A stretch of 64,000 nt of DNA from Macrostomum hystrix (lineage: Eukaryota > Animalia > Platyhelminthes): NCBI GenBank assembly GCA_950097015.1, contig CATNEN010000029.1:3720001-3784000 (forward strand), in the 5' to 3' direction. This document shows, piece by piece, positions 48,033-61,680 of this stretch. The notes under the pieces are model-generated. The model was not told the DNA's origin and made no database searches. It saw only the letters and a program-made list of their open reading frames with translations. A program made the translations under genes and the position numbers. The number at the start of each line of letters is the position of its first letter. Positions within the stretch are counted from its first letter, which is position 1.

Positions 48033-51000
48033 ATGCTAAAGTTTGGCAGGCATAAGTCGCCCAAAGACCTAGTAGTGCAGCTGCACTCTAGCCTGCATGC
48101 TCTAGCTGAGGCTACCAGTGGAGGGGATGCTAGCAAAAATTCTGACAAAGAATTAAAGCGAGCCCAGGAGGAAGTGACCAAAGCCTTGACTGGCATGAAA
48201 TCTCTGCTAACTGAACGTGTTGAGCCAGGCTCCAAGGTATTGGATTGGATACCCGCTGTGCTCAACCTGTGCTTAACTGCTGTGCTTAACCATTTCTAGA
48301 ATTTTACTTGTCCTAAGTCCTGCAATTGCTTCACAATCCCCAGTCCTGCAATGGCCTCACAATCCCCAGTCCTGCAATGGCCTCATAATCCCTAGTCCTG
48401 CAATGGCCTCATAATCCCTAGTCCTGCAATGGCCTCATAATCCCCAGTCCTGCAATGGCCTCACAATCCCCAGTCCTGCAATGGCCTCACAATCCCCAGT
48501 CCTGCAATGGCCTCACAATCCCCAGTCCTGCAATGGCCTCACAATCCCCAGTCCTGCAATGGCCTCACAATCCCCAGTCCTGCAATGGCCTCACAATCCC
48601 CAGTCCTGCAATGGCCTCACAATCCCCAGTCCTGCAATGGCCTCACAATCCCCAGTCCTGCAATGGCCTCACAATCCCCAGTCCTGCAATGGCCTCACAA
48701 TCCCCAGTCATGGTAAAACCTCACTTCCCTAGTTCTGTAGTTGTGTAATTTTAAAAGTTCAGTCAATTTCCAGACCTAATTAGAGAGATAAACAATCTCG
48801 TCCCACAGGAGACCGAGGCCAGTACTGAGAAGGCGCGCATTAGCGAGGCTCTTGCCGAAGTCACCCAGGAGATATTCAGCATCGAGTATGGTGCCACCAT
48901 TCCAGCGCTGTTGGAGAACATTGACAAGGTGGACTTCGAGAGCTCCAAGTTCGTTGAGCACCTATTTACGCTGCTGATGTCCAAGAAGAGCGGCGGCAGG
49001 TACCCGGCGGTGGACTACATCACAGAGAACATGCCTGTACTATACATGCTAGTTGAGGGCTACCAGAGGCCAGAGCATGCGGTCAGCTTTGGTGGTATGC
49101 TGCGTGAGGCTTGCAGGTGTGTGCACTTGACTTTTGTCATAACTTTTAATCATGACATGATCCTTGCTTTGTCAGTGTGCATCACACCTGTGCCCCTGAT
49201 CCTTCAGTGTGCATCACACCTGTGCCCCTGATCCTTCAGTGTGCATCACACCTGTGCCCCTGATCCTTCAGTGTGCATCACACCTGTGCCCCTGATCCTT
49301 CAGTGTGCATCACACCTGTGCCCCTGATCCTTCAGTGTGCATCACACCTGTGCCCCTGATCCTTCAGTGTGCATCAGGCCTTTGCTCCTGATCCTTCAGT
49401 GTGCATCAGGCCTTTGCTCCTGATCCTTCAGTGTGCATCACACCTGTGCCCCTGATCCTTCAGTGTGCATCACACCTGTGCCCCTGATCCTTCAGTGTGC
49501 ATCAGGCCTTTGCTCCTGATCCTTCAGTGTGCATCACACCTGTGCCCCTGATCCTTCAGTGTGCATCAGGCCTTTGCTCCTGATCCTTCAGTGTCCATCA
49601 GGCCTTTGCTCCTGATCCTTCAGTGTGCATCAGCACCTGTGCTCCTGATCCTTCAGTGTGCATCAGGCCTTTGCTCCTGATCCTTCAGTGTGCATCAGGC
49701 CTTTGCTCCTGATCCTTCAGTGTGCATCAGGTCTCAGGCCTTTGTCTCTTAACTGCATTTCGCCTGTCCTCAGGCATGAGAAAATCGCAGAGAAGTTCTT
49801 GCACGATGCTCGCTTCTACGGCCTGTTCTCCCACGTGCACGGCACGGCCTTCGACATCAGTTCCGACGCATTCACCACGCTGAAGGACCTGCTGACTCGG
49901 CACAAGCCGATGGTGGCGCGCTTTCTTGACCAGAACTTTGTCGAATTCTTTGAAAATTATCGCAGCCTAGTGGAATCTGAGAACTATGTTACTAAGCGGC
50001 AGGCGCTCAAGGTGAGGCTGGTGTTGAACTATTGATCTCATTAATGGCTTGATTGTCTTTGCTTAATCAATATTATAGGTATCTTTACCTATTTAGAAGA
50101 TGTCTGTTATAGCGGCTGTAAGAGTGAATTGGCATGACCTGTTCTAATTTTGATATTAACGACTAAATCTTTGTTCGCACCGCAGTTGCTAGGCGAAATC
50201 CTACTCGATCGGCACAACTACAGCCTAATGACGCGCTACATAGCCAACGCTGAGAATCTCAAGATGATCATGAACGCGCTCAAGAGTCGACAAAAGCAAA
50301 TTGCATTCGAGGCTTTTCACTGCTTCAAGGTCGGCGTTTGTTGGATTTGTTGTTGAAATCTTAAGCTAGAAGTTGAAGAATTGCAGAATCATATCGAGAG
50401 TGTGATTGAAATGCATCAGCACCCAGGTGTGTCAGAGACTGAAATGGGTCAGGTTGGCTGTTGGTATAGGCACCCAGGTGTGTCAGAGACTGAAATGGGT
50501 CAGGTTGGCTGCTGGTATAGGCACCCAGGTGTGTCAGAGACTGAAATGGGTCAGGTTGGCTGTTGGTATAGGCACCCAGGTGTGTCAGAGACTGAAATGG
50601 GTCAGGTTGGCTGCTGGTATAGGCACCCAGGTGTGTCAGAGACTGAAATGGGTCAGGTTTGCTGTTGGCATGGGTACCCTGGTGTGTCAGTGACTGAAAT
50701 GGGTCAGGTTGGCTGTTGGTATAGGCACCCAGGTGTGTCAGAGACTGAAATGGGTCAGGTTGGCTGTTGGTATAGGCACCCAGGTGTGTCAGAGACTGAA
50801 ATGGGTCAGGTTGGCTGCTGGTATAGGCACCCAGGTGTGTCAGTGACTGAAATGGGTCAGGTTGGCTGTTGGTATGGGCACCCAGGTGTGTCAGACATGG
50901 AGTAGTTTTCAGTAGGATCATGAGGAATTTCGATGCCTGAGTGCCTATTTTCCCCGCCCTGAACTGCAGGTGTTTGTAGCCAATCCCAACAAGTCTCGCT

Positions 51001-51167
51001 CGGTGCACAACATTCTGGTGCAGAATCAGGACAAGCTTGTTGACTTCTTGCAGAATTTCCAGACAGACCGGCAACATGACAATCAGTTCTGCGAGGAGAA
51101 GCAGTACCTGATGAAGCAGATTAGGGATATGCGGCCCCTGCCTCCGGCAGTGCAGAATCCTAGCTAG
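48033..51167 (+). CDS. CAB39: MO25/calcium-binding protein 39; exons 48033-48236, 48809-49116, 49774-50011, 50186-50329, 50970-51167
   Basis: [96 protein letters not shown]. All junctions are GT-AG and in phase. Confidence 0.95.
48316..48710. repeat. 26-bp minisatellite in CAB39 intron 1
   Basis: (AGTCCTGCAATGGCCTCACAATCCCC)n, about 15 copies. Confidence 0.95.
49172..49735. repeat. 32-bp minisatellite in CAB39 intron 2
   Basis: Two variants, GATCCTTCAGTGTGCATCACACCTGTGCCCCT and GATCCTTCAGTGTGCATCAGGCCTTTGCTCCT; about 17 copies. Confidence 0.95.
50419..50896. repeat. 51-bp minisatellite in CAB39 intron 4
   Basis: (GCACCCAGGTGTGTCAGAGACTGAAATGGGTCAGGTTGGCTGTTGGTATAG)n, about 9 copies. Confidence 0.95.
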
Positions 51168-52387
51168 TGAGCATTGCTTACTTCAGTTTTATTTGACGAG
51201 TTTTGCTTCTTGGCGGCAGTGTTTAGAATATGCTATATTTCTAATACGAGCTGCGTCAGGGCGTTTTGTCAGTTGCGTCAAATGCTGCTTACGTCTGATA
51301 ACTAAAACTAAACGTGCTTTTTGTAGTTTTTCACAATTCGCAGCTTAACCCGTGCTGCAGCTGTTTTTGCAACCCAAAGCTTTGTTTATCAAGCTGGATT
51401 ATTTTTCTAATTCTTGCTGTTTTTACTTTCTTAGACGACGCCTTTCAATTATGGATGCAGAGCAGGTCGACAAAATAAATTAGATATAGTTGCTTACTCA
51501 TATTAGCAAGGTTATATATTTATTTTATAAAGCCCTTACCACTGATAATATACAAAGTACTAGCAAAGAAATTGCATCTAGCCCAACAGCTGCAGCTATT
51601 GGCGACTGTTCCTTAGGCTGTGTACAGCTGTTCAGTCCATGGACTGGGGGATTTCTAATCTAACATTTCAACAATGCCACTTTAGGCTAGCTTGGCTGCC
51701 ACCTAGTTTTTGTTTTTGTTGTCTACCTGCGATAATTTGGTCTGTAGACAATGATATCCTATTTGTAGTATTATTATCAAGTGTACTGTTATTCGATATT
51801 GGTTTTTAAACCCCCTTAAGACTTTGAATGTATTGTACTCAATATTGAGTTAGTTTAACTGTGCAGCATTGTCAAATAGTTAGACTCAAGATTTTTTTAA
51901 TTAATCAAGTAGGTGCGCGTTCTATTAGAACGTCACACGCGAGAATGAGTGACTTTTACTTATTGCTGATAGCTTTCTATTTTCTATTTGTAGATGGCAA
52001 CATTTCTAACTGTTAAAAAATCAATTGGCAGCCAGCGTGGCACTGGTCAGGCCAAGACGTCAGACGAGGGACTTTGAATACCGTCTGCCATAGATAGAAA
52101 ATGAAATAGGATCCGTATCGCGAATCTATTTCTCGGTCCCTTGATGATTCAATGATGATTCTATATGCTAGACTGTTTTTAAAAAGCGCTGTTCTTTGTT
52201 ATACTGCTTAATTATTTTCCTATGTATGAAATACATAGTAATATAGCGATAGACATTTTATACTTAATATACACCTTCGCAACAATTTTGTATTGCGCTT
52301 ACTTTACCTTCAAAGTTCTTACTTGTTTGTACTTTAAAGAAAATCGTGCCTATACGCTGTCACAATCTTGATTCAGCGATAATCTGT

Positions 52388-52995
52388 TGTTACCATCGCA
52401 TACTTCAGTGTGTTAGTTGTTACCATCGCATACTTCAGTGTGTCAGTTGTTCCCATCGCATACTTCAGTGTGTCAGTTGTTCCCATCGCATACTTCAGTG
52501 TGTCAGTTGTTACCAACGCATACTTCAGTGTGTCAGTTGTTACCAACGCATACTTCAGTGTGTCAGTTGTTCTCATCGCATACTTCAGTGTGTCAGTTGT
52601 TCCCATCGCCTACTTCAGTGTGTCAGTTGTTCTCATCGCATACTTCAGTGTGTCAGTTGATACCATCGGCCATCGCATTCTTCAGTGTGTCAGTTGTTAC
52701 CATCGCATTCTTCAGTGTGTCAGTTGTTCCCATCGCATACTTCAGTGTGTCAGTTGTTCCCATCGCATACTTCAGTGTGTCAGTTGTTACCATCGCATAC
52801 TTCAGTGTGTCAGTTGTTCCCATCGCATACTTCAGTGTGTCAGTTGTTACCATCGCATACTTCAGTGTGTCAGTTGTTACAATCACATTCTTCAGTGTGT
52901 CAGTTGTTACCATCGCATACTTCAGTGTGTCAGTTGTTCCCATCGCATACTTCAGTGTGTCTATCTATCTATCTATCTCAGTGTGTCAGTTGTTA
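52388..52995. repeat. 30-bp minisatellite between CAB39 and SPO11
   Basis: (GTTACCATCGCATACTTCAGTGTGTCAGTT)n, about 20 copies. Confidence 0.95.
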
Positions 52996-53350
52996 ATAAA
53001 ATTCGATGGGAATGAATAAAAAAATTAAATATTCTTAATAAAACATCATCTGAATAAGGCTCTTAACTAATTGATTTTCAAAACTGTGAAATCATAAATA
53101 TAGTGCAGGACTTTCAGAATATCTCAGTAATAGTTTATTTTCTGATTCTCATGTATTTTGAAAGTTTACTAGGATTTCTTTGCATCTTCAGAATGCTTTA
53201 AATCAAGAATTATTTTCTCAGTGAGCTGAAATGACAGCATTGAAATAAACACAACAAAATCAGGCAATTTTACTTTGCAATTAGCATTCAACGGGTAACA
53301 AGAATACGAGCTATACGATATTTAAGCTATCACCCTGGCACACCGTGGCC

Positions 53351-54755
53351 TCAGCTTATAGACATACCCTCCTCGCCCAGCCGGGCAGGCAGGTATTCGG
53401 CAGCCAGGTAGTCGGCTCCCATGTCGTACAGGGCCTCGATCTCGCACTTCCAGCCCAGCCTTTGAAGGGCAGCCGCCTCGCCTGCTAGTCCGGGCACCCG
53501 GCCGGCAATGGAGTCCAGCCGGCGCCGATCGGCAGGACTCAGCGGCAGCCGGTGCGCAGCCGGCGGCATCAGGCGGCCCAGGTCGACGGGGCGCAGGCCG
53601 AGCAGTCGCAGTCCCGGCAAAGGCGCTGCCAGGTAGCAAGCGAAGATCTCCAAGCCGTAGGGGTCGGCGTCAACCAAGGCGAAGACGGGCACGGCGTGGT
53701 CAAGCAGGCAGCTGAGCCTGGCGAGGAATTCCCGGGCCGCCAGCTCCGGGAAGCCGCGCGAAGTCAGCAAAAGCGGAGCGCCGAATCGAAGCGACAGAGC
53801 CGCGCGGCGCTCGACCAGATGCTGAAACACTGCATCCTTCTCCACCACCAGGATGTAATCGGCGTCGCACTGGACCTCGGCGATGCGTCTGAGGTCGCCT
53901 GGGAGCAGCTTCGGCTCCGCGGAGCAGTCGATTATGGCCGCATCGTCCGCACTGGAGGTGGCGGAGGCAGCGATGGTGGAAATTGCGCTGGTGGCGGCGT
54001 TGGATGCATCGGCTTGCGGATGTAGACGGATGCGGCAGCTGCCGAAGAGGGCCGTCTTGGACGTGGCGACGACATTGAGATCCCAGCGCGGTCGGCCCAG
54101 TTCTTCGCAAAGGCTGTCGATACGCTGGTCCAGGGCTCGCTTGAGTGATCGGTAAGTTGAGGATTGGCATGCGTAATACAGGTACCGTTCTTAAAATTAC
54201 ACGCGATGAACTGACCGCTTCTGATATTACTTAACTATTTTTCGATCGCATACAAAATGAGTTTTGGTATTCAGCTTTGGTCTATGCGTCTGTGATGCAC
54301 AGGATTTTTCCGAGAATTCACGTCTGAGATCAACATGAACTCTCAGTGAACTCACGTCAGTGAAAAAAAACTGGAAATTTCAGTGAACTCACGTTTGAGT
54401 TGAACAGGAAATTTGATATTTACAAATTTTCCAAGCCTCTCTAACGGAAATATGAATCCGTCACCTCAAATTGACGCACCTGACAACCCCAGAACTGCGG
54501 ATCCAGGTAGTAAAGGTCGCGCTTTGTAGCCACAGAGCCCGACTGCACCAGCGCCTGAACTAGAGCCAACAAGCGGGCCCGCTTGGCCAAAGCGCTGGCG
54601 CGGGCGCGAGGCGAGCCACGGCCGCGCTGCGGTCGCCACGACAGAGTCGGCTGAACGCCATCTAGCAGGTCCACCACTGCAGCAGACACCAGAGCATCGA
54701 TCTGGTCGGATACAGAGGTCTGCTGGATAGCATTGTTCGGAGCCATTCGTGACAT
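53351..54755 (-). CDS. SPO11: Meiotic recombination protein SPO11 (about 354 aa); exons 54755-54480 and 54139-53351
   Basis: Catalytic TKRDLYY motif; RALDQRIDSLCEELGRPRWDLNV; TOPRIM VEKDAVFQHL and LVDADPYGLEI; C-terminal KCEIEAL; phase-0 GT-AG intron. Confidence 0.93.
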
Positions 54756-56479
54756 TGTTGTGAAGATTTAAAAGTACAAGCCAGGCTGCAAATTGGAAAA
54801 ATACTAATGAAAAAAAATTTGCTAGACCATATTGGACTTACTTACATTTTTTTATTTAAATCATGGTAAAGAAAAGTATTGCTCGTTAAAGATTATAGCT
54901 AACTCCAAAATAACTACAAACCAAAGTCTCCATTGAAGTTGATACAATGTAGCTCCTTCTATAGTTTAATCTTGCTATTTTAATTACACTAAAAAACTGA
55001 ATGTAAACTCATGTGCACCAACACTATTTAAAAAATCCAACAATTTTATTAAAAGTTATCTTTCAAATGTATCCTTTAATTTAAAAATTAAACTTAATGA
55101 AGCTTTTGTAGCAAAATCTGAGCCTTAAATCACTGCTTAACTAAGCAAAGTCATTACCATGCAATAGGGTATAATAGGGTTTCTTTTGGGAATGACAATT
55201 AGAGCTGATTTGTTATATTATTTTCAATGTTTAATTAGTTTTAAGACATTAATTTTTAGCTTCTGACTATTTTGCTTTTTTATTTGTTGTGTTTCATTGG
55301 CTAAAACCAAACATATAGGCTAAAACCAAAAGCATTTGGCAGTTCGGATTATAATATGTGATGATAGTAAATACAAAAGATAAATAAGATAAAAAGCAAC
55401 AGCTAACCAAAACCTAAAAATCATTGCATTAATTGCACTTACAGTATCACCTCGATTTAAATATTTGTCACTAAGTCTGACGAGTCTGACTAAAAAAACA
55501 AGTTTTTATTTGCTGAGGTTTCCCTTTGCACTGACTTAAATATGGGTATGTTTGTCATTTCTTTATAAAATCACCCAAAAACCGATAATTACTTATTCTC
55601 GATTTATTGAATTGAAATAATTTGATAAAGATATTTTAAATTAATATATATATATATAAATCCATTGTAATAATTTGAAAAAGGGTATCTTTTTAAAGTG
55701 ATATAGATTCTTATTCATTACAGTTTTTGTTTAGTACTTAAACCTGTTACTAAACGAAGGCAAAGTGGTATTCAATGATTCATTAAATCAGTTTTAAGGT
55801 TTAGCTAATATATCGAATTTTTATATACCTAGTTTATTATTCCTATCACCACATTTTTAATTGTTAATCTACATTTAATAGGCAACAACTAAAAAGTTTA
55901 TTTTTAGTAAACTAAAACACCTTTCAGTTAACAGATTAGATTATACAAAATACTACCTTTGGTTTTTTAATCTAGCATTTTGCTTCTACTTATTGTGGAT
56001 ACAATAAATGCATTTCTTAAATGACAACCAAAGTCAAGAAGCCATTTTCAGGCAATTAAAGGCAATTATGCCAAAACGGCACGTACTTATTGTTTATTAG
56101 AAGTTTTTCTAATAACTCATTACGCTAAGCAAGTAGAAAGTTTTCTAAAACACAGGTCTAAAACCAATTTTAGAAGCACATACGAAAATGTCATGAGTTT
56201 TGAAAAGCCGCATGGAAAGTGGCTATAATTTAAATTCTTGTGATTAAGTATAACATTTATCATAAAATATTGATTTTGTTATGAAAATAATTTTACTAAC
56301 GTTTATAAAAGCTTAAATTTGTCAAATACGTTTTTTGAAATCGATTATAATAATTATTTTGTTTAACTAATTGTTAAAACAAGGACCTGGATCTATATAT
56401 ATAGTTCCCGCTCACTGGAATGAATGGAAGTTCCCGCCCGCATCTATAGAGTCAATTAACGCATTTTCGCCAAACGAAC

Positions 56480-58945
56480 ATGAGCGACTCTATTGGTGAT
56501 AGTCAGATTCAATCGGTTCCCTATTCTGATTCGACTGCCTTCAGTCACCACCAGTCAGCTATGTTTTCAACAGAAGGAGCTAATAGGAATCAGCTTGCCT
56601 TTTCGGAATATCTGTCTGCATTTTCTGGCGTCGACATTCACGGCCTTAATCTGGATCTGGATTCAATCATACCTTACATGGCCAGTCAGAGTTCACCTTC
56701 TGCTGCACTAGCTGCAGATCAAAATGGTCACGGACACGCCGGAATGTACGAGAATATAAAGCTTGAAGATCATATGTACTCTGCTGGCAATGCCTCGATG
56801 TATCAGAACAACCGCGCCTACCCTGGCGCAGTGGACATGAACTACGCTTTCAATCCACTTAGCGGCAACAATCAGTTCAGCCAGATGAACTGCAATTATT
56901 CAGGCATGGTGGCGTCCAGCAAGCCAATGCAGTATGGCACTACTGACTTTGAGTCTCTGCAGCAGAAGATCTCACAAAAGAAGCAGACGCTGGACATCCT
57001 GCAGGGTGTATTGCCCGATCCCCTGGCTTGCCAGGAGAAGCGCTACATGACCATCACCGAACGCATTCAGGTGCCGTCATCGGACCATGTGGCTGAGATT
57101 GTCGGCAAGAATGGTAATTTGGTTTTTATTTTATTAGTTATAAAAAGTTTACTGCTATAGCTTGAGTGCACTTTAGAAGGCTTGCAACACTTTGTATCGC
57201 TAAATTATAAATTATTTTCTCAAATGGTAGATGATACAATAGATGAATGTACATCATAGGGCTGAACCACAATAATCAACCCCTGTTTATTAACCTACCT
57301 GTAGGACAGCGGATCAAGCAGTTGCGCGAGCAGCTTAAGGTGTGGGTCAAGACGCCATCGCGCGATGAGCCACCCATCTTTGAAGTGACTGGTCTGCCAG
57401 AGAAGTTAGCCGAGGTCAGTTTAAATTTCTAAGCTCATTTTATTTCACTCTTAAGTACATGCTCATTTGACTCCTTACTATAAGTAACAGCCTATATCAC
57501 TCGTGCATGAAATCACTGCTTGACAAAGTGCAGGTGTCAATTCTTAAATTATAATGATGTTAATGAATCTACTATTTCATTTTTTATCAGTAGAATGACC
57601 AGGGAGGTATTCCAAATGCCCACATTTTTTCTGTAACTCATGGCCCTGAAAATCCGGAACATTGACTAAAATTTTCCGCTCAATCCGATGAAACAACATC
57701 AGCATCACAAAATTTCGTCATGTAATCATGTTGGCTATCATTTTCAATTATTTTGGATTTATTAAATTGTTAATTACTTCTTTATTTAACTTCGGTTATT
57801 GTCTTCGACAAGAATCGCCGTATCTCTTGACAATGCTGACTCTGACGGCTTCAAAAGTTAGCTCATCGTAAAAGGCGGAAAATTTTGATACATTTTGACT
57901 CTCACGAAAATCGGTCATTCGGTTGGGAATCATTGTGAAGCAAGGCAGTGGATATTTCATATATCCCCGTGGCCGTGGTCTTTTCCTAGGGATTGGGGGT
58001 AAATAGCGTGGTCTTCTTCGGTTATATGGCTATTTCCGCACGTATTCAAAATGTAATATTGGTTATAAAACCGTTGCCTCCCTTACCCAGGCGAAGCGCA
58101 TCATTCTGCAGATGAGCGAGCACTTCACCAAGGTGCAGCAGGAGCGCCTGCACCGGGTGGAGCCCAACCGCATCGAGGACCGGCTGTACGTGGAGCAGGA
58201 CAAGGTTGGCCTCATCGTTGGCGCCTCGGGCCAGACAATCCGCTGGGTGCAGCAGCTGTCCGACACGCACATTGCCACGCCCCGCAAGCAGGAGTCGATC
58301 CCCGGCCTTCCGCCGCCGCAGACCTACTTTACCATCTGCGGCACGCCAGACAAGGTTAAGTTCGCTAAGCAGCTCATCTGCGAGTACGTGACGCTGCGCT
58401 GCCAGGGCCTGTGGCTGGACCCCGATCTGGAGCCATCGGCTGAGGCCTCCAAGCTGGTGCGCGACTTTCACCAGCGACGTCAGGTGGAGGACAATCAGCG
58501 GCGCACAGCCCAGGGCAGCCCGCCGGAAAGCCCCACGCCCGTGCTGGGTCGCTCAGCCACTGCGTCTAGCGGGCGCGCTGTTGTCGGCGTGGCCGATGGC
58601 GAGCATCATCCGGCCAGCGTCAAGCAGCTTATCAGCGACATGGAGGATCTGTGGGGCTCGGCCGCTGTCCGGGCCAGCGCCCCAACTAGCTCGGCCGGCT
58701 CCTCAGGCCAGGAGTCGCCGCGCCGCTTCATGCAGGCCGCAGTCTGGAATCCGACCATGTATGGCGCTGGCGCCGCCGGCCCCGGATGCCTGATCGCCGG
58801 AGATCGTCGCTACTCAGCCGACGCGCAGCACGGCTCCCGGGCCGCCGTCGGGCCAATGATGAAGTCACACAGCGACGAGCAAGTGTCGCCGCAGCCGCAG
58901 GCAGTCGGGGCGGGTGGCTTCCGCCCGGGCCCTGGCTGGATGTAG
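56480..58945 (+). CDS. MEX3: MEX-3-like RNA-binding protein with two KH domains; exons 56480-57113, 57305-57414, 58091-58945
   Basis: TERIQVPSSDHVAEIVGKNG-QRIKQLR...VKTPSRDEPPIFEVTG-AKRIILQMSEHF and KVGLIVGASGQTIRWVQQLSDTHIATP match the MEX-3 KH1/KH2 signatures; splice phases are consistent. Confidence 0.9.
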
Positions 58946-61680
58946 GGCCGGCTGACACTATATGATCGCTGAGTACTCTTCACCCTGCTTCAAACATGGG
59001 TTCGATTATTTTATTATGCTGGCAAGGTGAGACAAGTAATTGTAGAAAATAGTTTTTTACAAAGAGAGTCTGAAGAGAGCTGTCGGATGCGAGTTGTATC
59101 TCCGGTCTGCATGCATTCAGTGCATGTTTAATGTATAGCTATATATATAGTTCCTATTTATATACTTACTTTTAGACAAAGCATTACCCCAAATGCGATG
59201 GCATCGACTGGTCTCTCTCTGATTCTTATTTCTGTTTCTTTGATTTTAGCGGGCAATGGTGACATTTGTAAGATTAAGATTATCTGTTTTTTTCTGCACA
59301 ACAATTTCCACAAACTCTTCAGTTTTATTTGAGCTGTTTCGCAGTTTCCGTGTCACAGTGCTGATGCCTGAGTAGCTTCATGTGGAGACCGATTTGTGTT
59401 CAAACACTTTTAAAGCTATTTTTATAGCGAATTTCTATGAAAGCGAAATCGACTTTCTTATTTGCTTGCTGCTCTTTTTGCTTTAAAGTGCAGATGTCTA
59501 GTATAGCGAAGTCTTATTTATGTCTACGAACTATATCTATATCCACATATCTATTTGTTTATTCCTGTTTTAAGGTATTACCAGGCGCCCTAAAAGGTCT
59601 GTTAGCAAACTTTTTGGAATTGAAATATTTTCGTACCTCGCTTTCTATGCAAGACACTTTTTTAAGCTAAAGGTCGTGAGCTCAGATCTGGCATGACAAA
59701 TTGATCAGTGAGCGGATGACAGTGTTGCAAACTCAATCTATTTGTCTGTTACAGTCCATGGATCATATGTTTATGATTCTGCCCATTAGGGAATGTCAGT
59801 TTGTACATACGATTTCGAATCCTATTTTTTGTCTAATTTTGCATTCTACAGCTGCACAATCGCAGCGATGTCCGATGCTTCTGATTTGACAGCCAGCTGA
59901 GCCTGACGGATTTCGATGGTGTGTTGTTTTTTATAAGTTTTTATCTAGAGTCAATTGTTTATCAAATAATTTACCGGTTCCTCAAACCCAGGCGTGCTGC
60001 CCATTTAGGACTATCATCGCTTTCTACTCTCTTCACCGAATAGGCTCTTCACCCTCGAATACCTTTTTTATATTAGTTAATAAAAGTTCTCCGCGCTTGC
60101 CTCCTGTTCAAATAATCACCTGCAAATCTACCACATTTTTTAGTCTAATTTATTCTATGCGTGCTCGCTCATTTTGTATTTTTCCATCCATATAGGCTCG
60201 TCTCTTTGAGGCTCCTCGCATTGCGTATTTTTCAGCCTAAAAACTGATGTATATTCCTTAATAGCTCGATTCTTTTTAATGTAATTCGGATTCCATCAAA
60301 CTTTTTTTTCATTAAAGAAATCATTTTCTAGAAAAATTCAGAAACTTTAAAGTCTTATACTATATAGTTATTTACCTTCTGTGTAGATTTCGACGATGTG
60401 TCAATGGAGGCATTTATGACTGCAGTGCAAGCTAATTTTTATAACAAATCCAAAACTATTACTTTCCGGTCTAGCAGATAACTCCGTATTCGCCATCTCT
60501 ATTTTTGTGCATGGAGCATTGTCTCGAGCATTGTCAGTTGACTGTCTCCGTATTTTTATCCATCCGCTAAATTTACAGTCAACCTGTCATCACCGCATGT
60601 CCAATTTCACATCGAGCAATCAGCATCCGCATTGGTGGTGCATTTCGCTGCTTCAGCTGGGGCAACTCGATCTCTCTTTTCTCTCTGCTCTCACCGCTTG
60701 CTGATTGGGAAAATATAGACTGCAAATGGGTTGCTTACTATTGCTGTTTGAGTATAAAAATGCATATATGAATCTTACTATTTTGTACCATATCTTTTAT
60801 AAGCTAGATCCTTTGCAATCCCTTTGCAGACCAGTTTTCCAAACTTTCCCATTACTCTTTTTGCTGTCCCGTGTGACTCGTAGATGTTTATATATATACA
60901 TATATATATATCTATTTACATAAATATTAGCTATCTATTTCAATATGGATGTGTAAGTAGAACATGCTGTATTAAAGATAGATGTTTTCAAGACCCAGCT
61001 CAGGTGACATTGCCACACTACACCTACCTGCGTCGAGTTGAGAAGCTGTTTAGACTTTCTCGGTCCTCACTGCTTCAGTCTCGACCAAAGGCTTGGAATT
61101 AATATCGATTCCGGGTTGGATCTTCAATCAATATAAAGTATGCATCCTATTTTTGCACAACCTGTTTTAAGATTTTTTGGTTTCTAAGAAAAGCAAACAT
61201 TTTAGGTGGAAACACGAACTTTAAATTTAATTAAGCCATTGCTTCAATGTTGTGTTCTCATTCTTCGATGTTTTTATTCAGTTGTTCAATTTATTTTCTG
61301 TTGTCCATAGTTTTTCTACGCATCCTTTTTGTACGGTAAAGCACAGTCATTTGCACTTTTAGGCCGTCATTTTCTACGAGCTATTTTAGTTCAATTTATA
61401 ACTCGAATACTTTTGGACTGTTTATTTATAAACTTGACAGTTGTCAAAAATTTGTTTTTCGCACCCGATTGCTGAAGCTGATTTAGATTATTCGAATGTG
61501 CTAAAATAAACAGGCCCCAATAACCAGGCTAAACTATTCATAAATGTGTATTCTACACATTCAGTTTCTAAATTTCTATGAAATACAACGTTAGGCCGTT
61601 TTATATGCAACTCAAAATAAAGAGGGAATGCGAGAGACAAAAGCGGGTTAGATTAACGGAGATAAGATAAGACTATACAA

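Noticed and set aside
48455-53019. Repetitive ORFs at 48.4-48.7, 50.4-51.1 and 52.3-53.0 kb
   Set aside because: Stop-free frames of minisatellites in introns or intergenic DNA; no protein-level signal.
53322-54170. ORFs 53322-53639, 53552-54025, 53700-54170 and 53883-54155
   Set aside because: Alternate or antisense frames of the GC-rich SPO11 exon 2.
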